From contig NC_058383.1 of the NCBI RefSeq assembly GCF_018350175.1, positions 1,302,001 to 1,366,000 of the forward strand: 64,000 nucleotides of DNA, read 5' to 3'. The first letter of the stretch is position 1. Every line of letters begins with the position of its first letter. The position numbers and the translations under genes are program-made. This document shows, one piece after another, positions 63,647 to 64,000 of the stretch. The DNA comes from Felis catus. Taxonomy: Eukaryota. The notes under the pieces were generated by a model that ran no database searches, was not told the DNA's origin, and saw only the letters and a program-made list of their open reading frames with translations.

Positions 63647-64000
63647 TCCCACGTCAGAAGCCCCCCACTCCCACGTCGGGAGCCCCCTCCACTCCCACAT
63701 CAGGAGCTGCCCCCCCTACATCAGGAGCCCCCCCCCGCACTCCCACGACAGAAGCCCCACCCCTGCACTCCCACGTCAGGAGCCCCCCCACTCCTACGTC
63801 AGGAGCCCCCCCCCGCAGTCCCATGTCAGGAGCCCCCCACTCCCACGTCAGGAGCCCCCCCACTCCCACGTCAAGAGCCCCCCACTCCCACGTCAGGAGC
63901 CCCCCCATGTCAGGAGCCCCCCCCACTCCCACTCCTACATCAGAGCCCCCCCCACATCAGGAGTCCCCCACTACCACGTCAGGAGCTGCCCCCCCATGTC
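63647..64000. repeat. ~21-23-bp minisatellite (CACTCCCACGTCAGGAGCCCCCC), runs off window
   Basis: Unit repeated more than 12 times with variable C-run length. Confidence 0.92.

Overview
This is very GC-rich mammalian genomic DNA. Felid-type CAN-SINEs (tRNA-derived head GGGGCGCCTGGGTGGC..., (CT)n linker, A-tail) point to a cat-family carnivore. Two spliced genes lie in tandem on the minus strand. INTS1 (Integrator subunit 1) is complete: 47 coding exons from ATG 57605 to TGA 28304, 6561 nt or 2186 aa, all phases consistent, AATAAA at 28142-28147. MICALL2 (MICAL-like 2/JRAB; CH, LIM, Pro-rich and bMERB domains) has exons 1-15 from 18566 to 441 with no stop reached, and its usual last exons probably lie left of the window. 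Each gene has a CpG-island promoter. The remainder is SINEC, L1, MaLR, L2, MIR and MER-type repeats plus simple repeats. I found no prokaryote-type or clearly novel multi-gene system, and most long ORFs in the track are GC artefacts. The most noteworthy unexplained signals are: an AT-rich island dense in homeodomain motifs (23.3-23.8 kb); a phased KLF/SP-motif tandem array in MICALL2 intron 2; an old L1 fossil apparently rewritten AT->GC; two GC-AG introns in INTS1; an (ATGA)3 uORF cassette with a stop/start overlap on the INTS1 ATG; and three co-oriented CTCF-like motifs at the ends of and within INTS1.
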